DNA of 64,000 nucleotides, from positions 1 through 64,000 of the IMG/VR virus record IMGVR_UViG_3300035208_001807; one strand, written 5' to 3'. The translations under genes and the position numbers were made by a program. The notes under the pieces are model-generated. The model was not told where the DNA came from. It searched no databases and worked only from the letters and a program-made list of their open reading frames with translations. This DNA is from a virus. Taxonomy: Duplodnaviria > Caudoviricetes. Below are positions 9,662 to 19,112 of this stretch, piece after piece (position 1 is the first letter of the stretch; each line of letters opens with the position of its first letter).

Positions 9662-11783
9662 TCGAATCCTCTGTTAGGTCAAAGCTGCATTCGCAGTTAA
9701 CATGGTGGGGCGGAAGATCAAGAGGGCCCACGTGCTCTAGGACGATAACCCTACCGTCCATATTCTTGCACTCGTCGCAGGCCTTAGAAGAAGCCCGGAG
9801 AGTGGCTTTCTTATATCCTTGCTGTAGGAAGCCAGCCATTCTTCCAAAGTTGAAGGCGCTGGCGATAGAGGTTCCTGCAGCATGATCGATATGGAACTGA
9901 CGCACATCGAAGATGTTAGAGGCTTTCTTGAGGACTTCAGTCTTGTCAAGAATCCCCAGAGTATTCATAACATCATTTCTAAGGTTTGTCATGGTTTTGT
10001 GCACAAATCCTTTATGCACGTCCAGGACAGCATCTGACTTGGCATCTAGGATGTCGGCTAACTCCCTGGAGTCCATGGCCACCTTAGCTCCCGAAGAGTG
10101 GAACCCTTCTAGAAAAGCCTGTGAAATATGGGGTTTGCTCGTGGTCTCAATAGAAGACTCAGTAACACCGAACACCATTTCAAGGTTATTTAACTGGGTC
10201 ATCTGCATAGGGAACTGAGCATTTTCAATGATCTTTAGAACATCGCTGCGGCAGGCATCATATCTGTCTAGGATAGACGTGCGTAGCTTTGCTGAGCCCG
10301 GAGCAGTCTTAGACATTCTAATATCAGTGAAGTCCCTAGTTCTCTTAGGAGACATCTTTGTACCATGCTGGTTGGATGGCTGGTCGGCAGCCTTTACCGC
10401 ATTGCGGGCGCCAACTGCAGCCTCTGCTTCTGCGACGGCAAACTCAGATAGCTTGGCTGCTCCGAATAGGAAGAAGTTAAGCTTCTGGAATTCTTCACCT
10501 TCAACCTCTAGAGGATCCAAGCCCAACTGTGTTCTGAACTCGTCATAGTTGATTGCTTGGTTGTTGAACTGGTTGATGATATGATTCTCTTTCTTGATCT
10601 TAGAATCCATGTCGATCTCAGCAAACTGGATCCTGGCATCTATCTCTTCTGTTTCAGAATAGATATCATACCCACCCTCTTGTAGAAGTTCGTTGATTAC
10701 GAACTCGTTAAAGAATGCTACGAAGACATCTTGATAGAGTTTCGCTTTCTCGACTAGGCCGCGGTCAATGACCTCTGCGCCTGCACGCGATGCACCGCTC
10801 GTGAGACCGAACGATGTTGCGCCAATACCAAGCCCTTCAATGACCCTGTTATGGAAATGCTCGATGTACTTGGCAGCATCAATCGCTTCGCCTTCCGCGC
10901 CGAGGACTTCGATGTGATGGCGCTCCGGCGTGACGAACCCACCTTCGGTCGGCATATTCTCGATGTCATTATAGATCTTTTCTATCTCTTCTGGCTCAGA
11001 GGGCATCTTCTCTGTACCAACGATATATTGGTAGAGCGGGAATAGATGCTTATGGATTAGCATTTCTACGTTCTCTTCCATCTTGCGAAGGACACGTAAG
11101 TCATCAATAACAGGCCAGATGAATGGAGTGCCTACATTGTTTCTCTCATTCTTATAGGCATAGAAATGAACAATGTCTTCTGGACGCACGTTCTTAGTCT
11201 TGCCTCCACCGCCTTGTGCGTTGGGGCCGACAACATACTTCTTGATGTTGCCGTTGTCATCTCTCTCGGGGGTGACTGAGGTAGCATCTAAGCGTAGATA
11301 GGTAGCGATTGGATCTAGGGAGTTGCCGGCGTTCTTAACTGGGTTTCCACTGGACATCTCTGCATCACGTACTTTATATAAGAAGCAGTTAGAGTACTTC
11401 ACTAGATCTTGGAATATCTCTCGGATGAAGATGCTGACAGGCTTACGAGCCACCATGGATAATTCCCTCAGGCGCCTACGGATATAGGCAGCCATCTCGG
11501 AATCTCTGGAGACAATTGCATATCCTCCATTGACGCACTTCTCCTCAATCTTGGAGAAGGCCTGGAAGGCCAGAGACTCATTATCGACGAAGCGGTCGAT
11601 TGCTTTGAGATCGTAGTCTTGGACCTGTTGGGCGGCTCCGCCTAGGGCCGTACGAGTAGAGGCCGGGTTGGGCTGTAAGGCCTTACGAATAACCTTGATC
11701 GTTCCCGGATCAAACTTATCTTCGACTGTGGCGACTGGCTTTCTACTAAACCAGCTACCCATCTTGCTGAATATGGTGGCCAT
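9654..11783 (-). CDS. Portal protein with C-terminal Mu gpF-like domain
   Basis: EDIVHF...GTPFIWPVIDDLRVLRKME portal-like core; C-terminal CDEC...PPHHVNCEC; start taken at TAATG overlap. Confidence 0.8.
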   Translation of the reverse strand: MATIFSKMGSWFSRKPVATVEDKFDPGTIKVIRKALQPNPASTRTALGGAAQQVQDYDLKAIDRFVDNESLAFQAFSKIEEKCVNGGYAIVSRDSEMAAYIRRRLRELSMVARKPVSIFIREIFQDLVKYSNCFLYKVRDAEMSSGNPVKNAGNSLDPIATYLRLDATSVTPERDDNGNIKKYVVGPNAQGGGGKTKNVRPEDIVHFYAYKNERNNVGTPFIWPVIDDLRVLRKMEENVEMLIHKHLFPLYQYIVGTEKMPSEPEEIEKIYNDIENMPTEGGFVTPERHHIEVLGAEGEAIDAAKYIEHFHNRVIEGLGIGATSFGLTSGASRAGAEVIDRGLVEKAKLYQDVFVAFFNEFVINELLQEGGYDIYSETEEIDARIQFAEIDMDSKIKKENHIINQFNNQAINYDEFRTQLGLDPLEVEGEEFQKLNFFLFGAAKLSEFAVAEAEAAVGARNAVKAADQPSNQHGTKMSPKRTRDFTDIRMSKTAPGSAKLRTSILDRYDACRSDVLKIIENAQFPMQMTQLNNLEMVFGVTESSIETTSKPHISQAFLEGFHSSGAKVAMDSRELADILDAKSDAVLDVHKGFVHKTMTNLRNDVMNTLGILDKTEVLKKASNIFDVRQFHIDHAAGTSIASAFNFGRMAGFLQQGYKKATLRASSKACDECKNMDGRVIVLEHVGPLDLPPHHVNCECSFDLTEDSNA

Positions 11784-13759
11784 TACCTTTTCTCCCCTAA
11801 GGCGTTGATCCATGCCGATATGCGCTCCATGTCTTCCTTTGGAACACGCTTTAGGCAGTCGTCAAACTTGTCTCTCTTACGATCTCCAGAAGCACCTTGC
11901 GGTGTTTGGTTATCATCGCCTGTTGGCGTTGTACCACCACCGCCATCATCTGGAATGCCAAAGGCATCCTCTGGAATGCCAAAGGCATCCTCGGCCCGAC
12001 GGGCAATAGCTCTTAATTCACCGTCAGTGGGGAGAAGGGTATCTTTACACATCTCTCCATTTTGTCTTGCCCTGATGAGTATCTCAATTAGCTTTAGTAG
12101 TCTACGAATATACTTGGAGTCTGTTAGGACTCCTATGTGAACTTGCTGATATTCGTTCTGGAATCTAAGGCTATTATTCCATTCAACGATAAGTTCTAGT
12201 AGCTGTAGTTCTATATCCTTTAGATATTGTAACAGTTTATTGACGAATACGTTCCACGATAAGCAACCTGCTAGCTTAGTGGAGGCGGCCACCCTGAGCT
12301 GCTTGCCAATGCCATCATTGATGTTGTTATAGACATTGCTTAGTATTGAGGCTATCTTGGATAAGATGAGACTCTGGATAGACATCCATAGGTTATTGAG
12401 ACTTGCGTCAACATTTCTAACTAGGAGGGTCTTACCGTTCAGGGCTATCTTCAGGATTAACCTCATTGCCTTCAGGTCTTTCTCTGAATTAGCGCCTAGG
12501 TATCTAAGCATACAACAGAAGAGGTTATCTACAAACTCGCCCTGTAGAAGGCGATCCATTCTATCTAGGGCTGAGCCTGTGAAGTCCTTCTGGAGGGTAA
12601 GTACACTTAGCATATCCTCGGGAACCTTAAGGGCCTCTGTTGCTACTGCATTGCCAAACTTATCAGCTGCTTGTGCAGTATAGAAAGCATTCTCAGCAAA
12701 GTACTTTAGAGATCCCTTGGCGTGGGATTGGCGTTTCTTCATTGCTGAGAAGTGGCGATATAGAACAGCAGCATCGGGCCACTCGGAGTCTTCTGACTCA
12801 TAGGCCTTGTCGCACATGTAGTTAGATAGCATTACGGAGTCGAAGCGCTCAACGTCTCGCTTCATCTTGGGACCACCTGCTAGTTTCTGAGTAGCCCAAT
12901 TCATTCCCGCATTGAGAGCCTTGTTAAAGAAGATGGAAATAGCAATCTTCTTAGCAGCGCTCATAATAGCGCTTGCTGCCTTAGCCGCAACACCAGCTAC
13001 GGGACTAATGGCACCCAATCCGCCGACGCCTGTATCGTCCTTCTTTTCCTTCTGAAGATCATTGGTTCTCTTTGTGGTTGTCTTCTGAGGAGCGAAGGAC
13101 ACAACAGCAATAGCATTAACAATAAACTTTAGGATGGCCAGAAATAGCATTACTAGGAGTACGGCCTTACCGGGGTTCTCATTAAAGTCGTTGGGGCGCT
13201 GCTCGCCAGCATAGGGCGTAGGCGTAGCTGTTGCAGGAGGAATGTAAGGAGCGTACTGACTCCATGGATCATTGGGGTCAGCCTCGGGCTCTGTGCTGTC
13301 GGCGTCGTTATTCTCCCCTAGATCCTCAATGACATCGTTGCCATTATCAGATTGTATCTGTGCAAATGAGTCTGGATTGTACGGGTCAAAGTCAGGGAAC
13401 TCGAATGCAAGATCTACCATGCGCTTGTAGAAGGCCCAGCAAGACTCAGTCTCTCTCTTGTGGCGAAGGAAGCGTTCACGGATAGAAGTTGGCAGATTGG
13501 TACATACCGTCATGTTCTGACCAGCAGCATCTAGTAGGGAGAGTGTCTTGTCGAATCTCTTATCTAGTGCTTCGTAGTCAGCCTTAAGAGCAGTGGCGTC
13601 TCGCAGACTAGTCTGTAATACAGCGACAGTAACTTCGGGTGGCTTGCTGTTTATACCTTTGCGCTTAGCTCCTGCTATCTTGCGTGGGTTAAACTCTGGG
13701 CGCCCATTGAAGTAAACATCACTCTTCTCGCTAGGTGTGTTAATACCACGTCTTGCCAT
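11783..13759 (-). CDS. Hypothetical protein between terminase and portal, one predicted TM segment
   Basis: 658-aa ORF with coupled start and stop. Confidence 0.5.
   Translation of the reverse strand: MARRGINTPSEKSDVYFNGRPEFNPRKIAGAKRKGINSKPPEVTVAVLQTSLRDATALKADYEALDKRFDKTLSLLDAAGQNMTVCTNLPTSIRERFLRHKRETESCWAFYKRMVDLAFEFPDFDPYNPDSFAQIQSDNGNDVIEDLGENNDADSTEPEADPNDPWSQYAPYIPPATATPTPYAGEQRPNDFNENPGKAVLLVMLFLAILKFIVNAIAVVSFAPQKTTTKRTNDLQKEKKDDTGVGGLGAISPVAGVAAKAASAIMSAAKKIAISIFFNKALNAGMNWATQKLAGGPKMKRDVERFDSVMLSNYMCDKAYESEDSEWPDAAVLYRHFSAMKKRQSHAKGSLKYFAENAFYTAQAADKFGNAVATEALKVPEDMLSVLTLQKDFTGSALDRMDRLLQGEFVDNLFCCMLRYLGANSEKDLKAMRLILKIALNGKTLLVRNVDASLNNLWMSIQSLILSKIASILSNVYNNINDGIGKQLRVAASTKLAGCLSWNVFVNKLLQYLKDIELQLLELIVEWNNSLRFQNEYQQVHIGVLTDSKYIRRLLKLIEILIRARQNGEMCKDTLLPTDGELRAIARRAEDAFGIPEDAFGIPDDGGGGTTPTGDDNQTPQGASGDRKRDKFDDCLKRVPKEDMERISAWINALGEKR
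11949..11990. repeat. 21-bp tandem duplication (EDAFGIP x2) inside CDS
   Basis: TCTGGAATGCCAAAGGCATCC twice in tandem. Confidence 0.9.
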
Positions 13760-15558
13760 TAGATGTCTCTCTTGATGGGACGATTGTGTTTAGCAGTTCT
13801 ATACTTGCCGCGTTCCCACAGTCGTGTGGTCTTGAAGAAAGCGCGCTCGTCCTTCTGTATATCTCTTGGACGTATACCAGAGTTAGTCTTCTCTCTATCA
13901 ATTATCCTGACGATACCATCAGATGCCTGAGAAGCTGGTTCGCCCATCGGGCCAGCAATCCGCATTTCGGTTGCGTATATAGGCTTGCCTAGATCTGTGA
14001 ACTCCATCGTGTATGCTAGCAGAGCAAGGTTCACCGCGTCAAGTACGTGGTCGTTCCCTGTTGAATAAACAGGACGCCCCTCCCTGGACCGCTTCTCAAC
14101 AGAGTAATCACTCAGCTGCTTCTCATATTCCTTATCTGTTCTATTAAGCAGGACTAGGTTCTTTTCATAGAAGGAGACCGAGTTATTGACCATGAAGGGC
14201 TTCATGGCCTTCTTTACTATCTGCTTAGTTACAGGGTCCCGGATCTCTTGGCTTGACCCAAAGTCAATAGCCTTAAGCTTGTTAAGCATGCCCGAATCGG
14301 GGTTTGCATGACCAAAGCGTCTTAGCTCTTCGATCTGAGTTGAACCAAAGCCTTGGTCGACATAGATGTACTTGGGCTGCCATACTCCGTTAAGTTCAAT
14401 GATCTTGGCAACAGCCTTAGACTGAGTAAATTCCTTAGCATCTATAGCAACACGCGTAGCTACACGAAACCTTCCCTTGATGCCGGCTCTTATATCCTCA
14501 TGAGATACTAGTTTCGGGTTATACTCTATAATCGCAATCTGGACACCGTTCTTTGATGAGTTCCAGTCGACACCTATGGTATACATGCAGCCATCTAGTG
14601 GGACAGCAGCCTTATAATCCCAGACTCCATCTTGCCCTAAGAAGAGTCCCGCCAAAGCCTTGGCTCTTTCGAGATAGGCCTTCTGGTAGACCCCCTCCAT
14701 CTCTTCTCCCCACTCGGCGAGCACTTCATGGTCCCAAGCGGTGGAGGTCCCAAACTGTTCACGGAACTCCCGTGACATATCTTCGTTCCAGTTCGGATTG
14801 ATCATGGATGAGTAGTGGAACTCTTTGAAGCGTGAGTTCTGTGACCAATCATAGAAGAACTCATGCTTACCAGTAGGTGTTGAAGAAGCCCAGAGGAACT
14901 TATCATCCTCGCTAGCTTCATTAGTCTTCTGCAGAAGAACAAGGATAGCATTGACATCTTCGCGGGCTAGATAGTCAGCCTCATCGAGATATATAACGTC
15001 TGCTTCCTGGCCACGAACAGAGGCGGCACCCATGCCCGACTTAGACCCAGCGGTTAGGCCTAGGATACGAGAGCCGTTGCGCAACTCAAGAGTATAGGGA
15101 TTATTGATACGCCTAGAGACAGAACTCTTAACATTAGCAGATTCCTCGACCCACTCATCAAATAGTCTGAAGATTTCCTTGATCTGGATCTCATAGGGAG
15201 CGATGATTAGGATCTTCTTCTTCTCGTGAGTATAGGCGTAGTGAAGACAGTGTATGCCCATAGAGATGGTCTTGCCGACACGGCGCCCGGTGCGGCTCAT
15301 ACGTCTCTGAGCTGTACACTTGATCATCAACTCTTGGTAGGGACGTAGAGTTATATTGAGCTCTTTCCTAGCCCAGACTACAGGGTCAAGTTGAGCTCTA
15401 AGATCTTCAAGCTCTTCCTGGGTGCAGTCCTGAACAGGCATGCCCTCTAGAACATCATTTGGTATGAATGAGCATTTCAGGAAGGAAGCTTGGGTTCCAA
15501 ACTTCTGTTGGCGTGCAAGCAAACACTTGACGCATTCCGGGTGCAATTGATTGTGCAT
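13759..15558 (-). CDS. terL: Terminase large subunit
   Basis: LRPYQ, GRRVGKT Walker A, YLDEAD Walker B, SSTP, IGVDWN and NDHVLDA nuclease motifs. Confidence 0.92.
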   Translation of the reverse strand: MHNQLHPECVKCLLARQQKFGTQASFLKCSFIPNDVLEGMPVQDCTQEELEDLRAQLDPVVWARKELNITLRPYQELMIKCTAQRRMSRTGRRVGKTISMGIHCLHYAYTHEKKKILIIAPYEIQIKEIFRLFDEWVEESANVKSSVSRRINNPYTLELRNGSRILGLTAGSKSGMGAASVRGQEADVIYLDEADYLAREDVNAILVLLQKTNEASEDDKFLWASSTPTGKHEFFYDWSQNSRFKEFHYSSMINPNWNEDMSREFREQFGTSTAWDHEVLAEWGEEMEGVYQKAYLERAKALAGLFLGQDGVWDYKAAVPLDGCMYTIGVDWNSSKNGVQIAIIEYNPKLVSHEDIRAGIKGRFRVATRVAIDAKEFTQSKAVAKIIELNGVWQPKYIYVDQGFGSTQIEELRRFGHANPDSGMLNKLKAIDFGSSQEIRDPVTKQIVKKAMKPFMVNNSVSFYEKNLVLLNRTDKEYEKQLSDYSVEKRSREGRPVYSTGNDHVLDAVNLALLAYTMEFTDLGKPIYATEMRIAGPMGEPASQASDGIVRIIDREKTNSGIRPRDIQKDERAFFKTTRLWERGKYRTAKHNRPIKRDI

Positions 15559-15570
15559 GACAGTCCTATA

Positions 15571-15909
15571 TTACAGAATTGACTTCCGGCCCATGCATTT
15601 CTTTGCAAGCTCATCGGCAATCTGCTCGGCGGTTGGGTTAACAGTTACGCTGTCCATAACTGCTTCGTCATTACCCTTCTTGCAGATGTTGTAGTTCACA
15701 CGCTTCTCAGTGCCATCATCTTGGGTCTCTTCAGTTGAATAGTTAATAGATACAACTGGAGTTCCCTCGCTTGGTGTTTCGCCAATTGCGCAACAGTGAT
15801 ACTCTGTGTATACTGACATGTTCATTGACGAGACATTCTTAACTTTCTTGCCATCTACAGTGATCTCTGTTCCAGCCATAGTCATGTCGCTAGTAATACT
15901 GATTTCCAT
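15571..15909 (-). CDS. Hypothetical protein
   Basis: 112 aa with AGGAG RBS. Confidence 0.5.
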   Translation of the reverse strand: MEISITSDMTMAGTEITVDGKKVKNVSSMNMSVYTEYHCCAIGETPSEGTPVVSINYSTEETQDDGTEKRVNYNICKKGNDEAVMDSVTVNPTAEQIADELAKKCMGRKSIL

Positions 15910-15921
15910 CTTATTCTCCTG

Positions 15922-16572
15922 TTACCGATGATATAGGCCTGCTTCGTTACCTATAGCTGAGCGGCCGTTAAACTCTGAATTATGCATTGCTTGCAGCGCC
16001 CTCTGCCTATCTGTAAATGCTGCTGTGGGCAGAGTCATCTGACCACCAAAGTCTGGACGCTCAAGCTGATATCCTAAGCGTTGAATTCCCTTAAAGCCAT
16101 GGTAGGCCATCCCATATAGCATGGGAGCCATAAACATGATGTTGGTAAGTCCCGCAAGTCTTCCGACTAGCGGAGCAGCTGACTTCCTTGCAAAGCTGAG
16201 CTTAGCTCTTCTAGCGAACTGCTTAGGATTCATTATCCTTGACTCAGCACCTCGCATAGCCTGTCTGTATTTCTTATGACTGTAGTTCTTTGTGCCTACC
16301 ATCTTAGATGCGTCTTGGGCAGCCTTCTGGCCAGACTTGATTTCGTCTCTTGCATATCTAGCATAGGAGCCTTTATTGAGCTTGCCCTTCTTAACCCAGG
16401 GATGTGCCTTACTGAAACTGTCGTTAGTTAGGGAGCTGTGGAGCATATTAAGACCGATGTTAGCTCCAAGGAGACCTAGATTAAAAGCGCTCTCAAGGCC
16501 GCCCCAGCCTCTATTGGCAGCTTGCTGAGCTTCCGAAGGAATGACATCATTCCCATATTCGACAGCATCCAC
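15922..16572 (-). CDS. Gly/Ala-rich basic putative virion/ejection protein
   Basis: Hydrophobic Gly-rich segments; tandem cluster in late operon. Confidence 0.4.
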   Translation of the reverse strand: MDAVEYGNDVIPSEAQQAANRGWGGLESAFNLGLLGANIGLNMLHSSLTNDSFSKAHPWVKKGKLNKGSYARYARDEIKSGQKAAQDASKMVGTKNYSHKKYRQAMRGAESRIMNPKQFARRAKLSFARKSAAPLVGRLAGLTNIMFMAPMLYGMAYHGFKGIQRLGYQLERPDFGGQMTLPTAAFTDRQRALQAMHNSEFNGRSAIGNEAGLYHR

Positions 16573-16574
16573 GA

Positions 16575-17147
16575 TTATCTCCTGTTATGCAACCCCAATA
16601 CAACATCACCACTTGCATTCATTGAACTCATTACATCACTTACACTAGATGCGCTTTGGGTATACGCCGGCTCGGTTCCCATATCTCCGCGCTGGAACAT
16701 TGCCATCCCTACTCCTGCTGCCATAATGCCACCAGCAACTAGAGGCATGCCTAGTCTAGACCCTAGTGGGCCTACTGCTGCTTGACCAGCCGTCTTACCT
16801 ATTCCTAGAAGGCCCTTGCCAACACCCCAGCCTGTACTAAGGGCTGCGCCACCAACTCCTATTGCTAGATTGCTTACACCACCAATGATTCCGGCAGTAA
16901 ACGATCTACCAACTAAGCGTGCTGGAGCAGATGTTGCTACTCCGGACAACATGCGGGCGCCCATCGCTACACCCTGGGCCCCAACCTTCATTCCGCCCCA
17001 GGCGCCTTTGGCAGCCATCTTAGCTCCACCAAAGATAGCTCTATCTACTCCAGGAAGCATCATAGCAGCGCCGAGGCCGAGGGCCGCGGCTTCTACTACT
17101 TCCGGGACAGCAGATTGATCCATAAATGGAGAGGAGATGCTGTTCAT
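16575..17147 (-). CDS. Gly-rich putative virion/ejection protein
   Basis: Glycine-zipper-like segments. Confidence 0.4.
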   Translation of the reverse strand: MNSISSPFMDQSAVPEVVEAAALGLGAAMMLPGVDRAIFGGAKMAAKGAWGGMKVGAQGVAMGARMLSGVATSAPARLVGRSFTAGIIGGVSNLAIGVGGAALSTGWGVGKGLLGIGKTAGQAAVGPLGSRLGMPLVAGGIMAAGVGMAMFQRGDMGTEPAYTQSASSVSDVMSSMNASGDVVLGLHNRR

Positions 17148-17162
17148 GATTATCTATTCTTC

Positions 17163-17642
17163 TTACAGACGCGTGTCTCGAAGTCGTTGGCCCGCTGCAA
17201 TACCACCTGCAACATATTTCTCGGCGCGTGGGACTACACTTGATAGGTTTGACTTTGCCATCCATGCAGAGCCGATCTCTCCTCCGCGAGAGAATCCTCT
17301 TATAAATGGAGTAGGTTGCATTAAGCGATTATGGGGACCCATCGAGCCCATTACTTCTGCTACGGCTCCATTCCATGACGCACCCGCTTTCGACCTTGCC
17401 AGTGCACCCATGCCAGCAAAGCCGGCAATGCCGAAGCCAGCAGCACCGATAGCACCTCTTGCTGAGAAGAGGCCATCGTCACCAGAGGCTCCCCAAAGTC
17501 CTACTGCTGCGGCACTACCCATAATCCCATATCGAGTTATGTTACTAGAGATGCCAGCATCATATACGGAGGCTGCTCCCCACACTTTGCCAGATAGATT
17601 GCCAAGTGCACTAAAGGCCCCATCCATATTGGGTACTCTCAT
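17163..17642 (-). CDS. Gly-rich putative virion/ejection protein
   Basis: Glycine-zipper-like segments; GGAG RBS. Confidence 0.4.
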   Translation of the reverse strand: MRVPNMDGAFSALGNLSGKVWGAASVYDAGISSNITRYGIMGSAAAVGLWGASGDDGLFSARGAIGAAGFGIAGFAGMGALARSKAGASWNGAVAEVMGSMGPHNRLMQPTPFIRGFSRGGEIGSAWMAKSNLSSVVPRAEKYVAGGIAAGQRLRDTRL

Positions 17643-17652
17643 TATGAACTCC

Positions 17653-18288
17653 TTACCTGAAGTGCGACTTTAGTTGTTGGCCCAGATTGCGGACACGCCC
17701 ACCTTCAATAGCAGCTGTACGAGCACTTCTTGCTTGTGCGAGGAATGGTCTAGCTCTAGCCATCATCATGCGATCCGTAGTGCGACGACCCGTTATGTGA
17801 GAGGGCAACCGACCACTATCCCAAGCGGCATCGGGAATATTAGACTTACGAACTATGGCGGCCAGATTGGCCGAGGACTCTCCAGCAGTACGATCGAAGT
17901 TTCTTCCCAACATATTTGGCTTATTGATAAACGAGTTAATGCTATCACCAATTCCACGAATACGCTGTCCTAGGCTAGGCCTACTAGTTTTGGCTCTAGC
18001 GGCAGAAGCAATACCTCGTCCAGCTGTTGACATACCCTTAAATTTGCCAGGCCCCCATAGTCCGCCAGCTCTGGTTCCCCATGCTGCACCAAATCCCGCA
18101 GCACCCATAAGGCCGACATTTCCAAGGCCACGAATACTATCACTATCAGAGAATCGGGTTGCTCCCCATAGGGCAGCGCCACCACCCATAATGCCGATGC
18201 GGGCTACATTACTGGAGACTAGCTTGTCTCCACCGCGTCTCGCTACACCAAGCCACTTAGCGCTTAATCTACCTAGGCCTCTTCCCAC
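17653..18288 (-). CDS. Gly/Arg-rich putative virion protein
   Basis: GGAGG RBS, GTG start, glycine-zipper segments. Confidence 0.4.
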   Translation of the reverse strand: MGRGLGRLSAKWLGVARRGGDKLVSSNVARIGIMGGGAALWGATRFSDSDSIRGLGNVGLMGAAGFGAAWGTRAGGLWGPGKFKGMSTAGRGIASAARAKTSRPSLGQRIRGIGDSINSFINKPNMLGRNFDRTAGESSANLAAIVRKSNIPDAAWDSGRLPSHITGRRTTDRMMMARARPFLAQARSARTAAIEGGRVRNLGQQLKSHFR

Positions 18289-18415
18289 TTCGCGCCTCCG
18301 TAAGCACTACCTTCCTAAATTAGCCGCGGATGCCCGCGGCAAGTATCATAATACTGTTTAATATATTCACACATAAATCCGGCGATTCTTGACTACCACC
18401 CGGTTGATAGACTCT

Positions 18416-18616
18416 TTACTTCTTCTTCTTACCTGAAGCAACAGAGTGATCGGCAGCGGCCTGGGCGATCTTCGCCATAGGATCTGACTGTCCGGTCTCG
18501 AACTTCGACTTAAAAACCTTCTGACCCTTGACAACAGCTTGAAGGTTCATTGCTTTCTGCACTGAACCCTTATCGAGGGGCGTATATAAATCCTTCTCAT
18601 CATTCATTATTAGCAC
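18416..18616 (-). CDS. Small hypothetical protein
   Basis: Coupled to upstream gene. Confidence 0.4.
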   Translation of the reverse strand: MLIMNDEKDLYTPLDKGSVQKAMNLQAVVKGQKVFKSKFETGQSDPMAKIAQAAADHSVASGKKKK

Positions 18617-19020
18617 CCGCCCTTTTTACCTTTGCCTTTTGACTTCGCCATGTAAAGACCTTCCCACTTAGGAATAAGCTTGCCATATTTCTTGGCTAGC
18701 TTTCTGTACTCCTTGCCGGCGATCACCTTGATCGTTTCGTCAGGATACATATTCACGAAGAGCTTGATCCTCTTCTTGTCACCCTTATGCCAGAGACCCT
18801 TGATCTCGATCCACTTTACTCCCCAGGGATTATCGCTTAGCAGGGAGAAGTCTGGCAAGTAGGTTGTACTACCTAAATAGAATCTCCTAGGTTCGTATTC
18901 CCATTGCACACCAAGTAGGTTTAGTATCCTAGCGAAGTTCGCTTCCCATGAGGAGCGGAACTCAATATTGCACAGGTCCTTACGGGGACCAAAATGGTAC
19001 TTTACAGTAGCCTTGGGCAT
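18610..19020 (-). CDS. PD-(D/E)XK nuclease
   Basis: FRSSWEANFA...WEYEP...YLPDF...IEIKG. Confidence 0.75.
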   Translation of the reverse strand: MPKATVKYHFGPRKDLCNIEFRSSWEANFARILNLLGVQWEYEPRRFYLGSTTYLPDFSLLSDNPWGVKWIEIKGLWHKGDKKRIKLFVNMYPDETIKVIAGKEYRKLAKKYGKLIPKWEGLYMAKSKGKGKKGGC

Positions 19021-19112
19021 GATAGGAGTAGTCTGATAATGAAGCCAGTAAAGGCCGATAGCAGTCTTTTCATTGCAGATCCCTCCTAGGGAATCTTAAC
19101 ATGGATGGGCTC

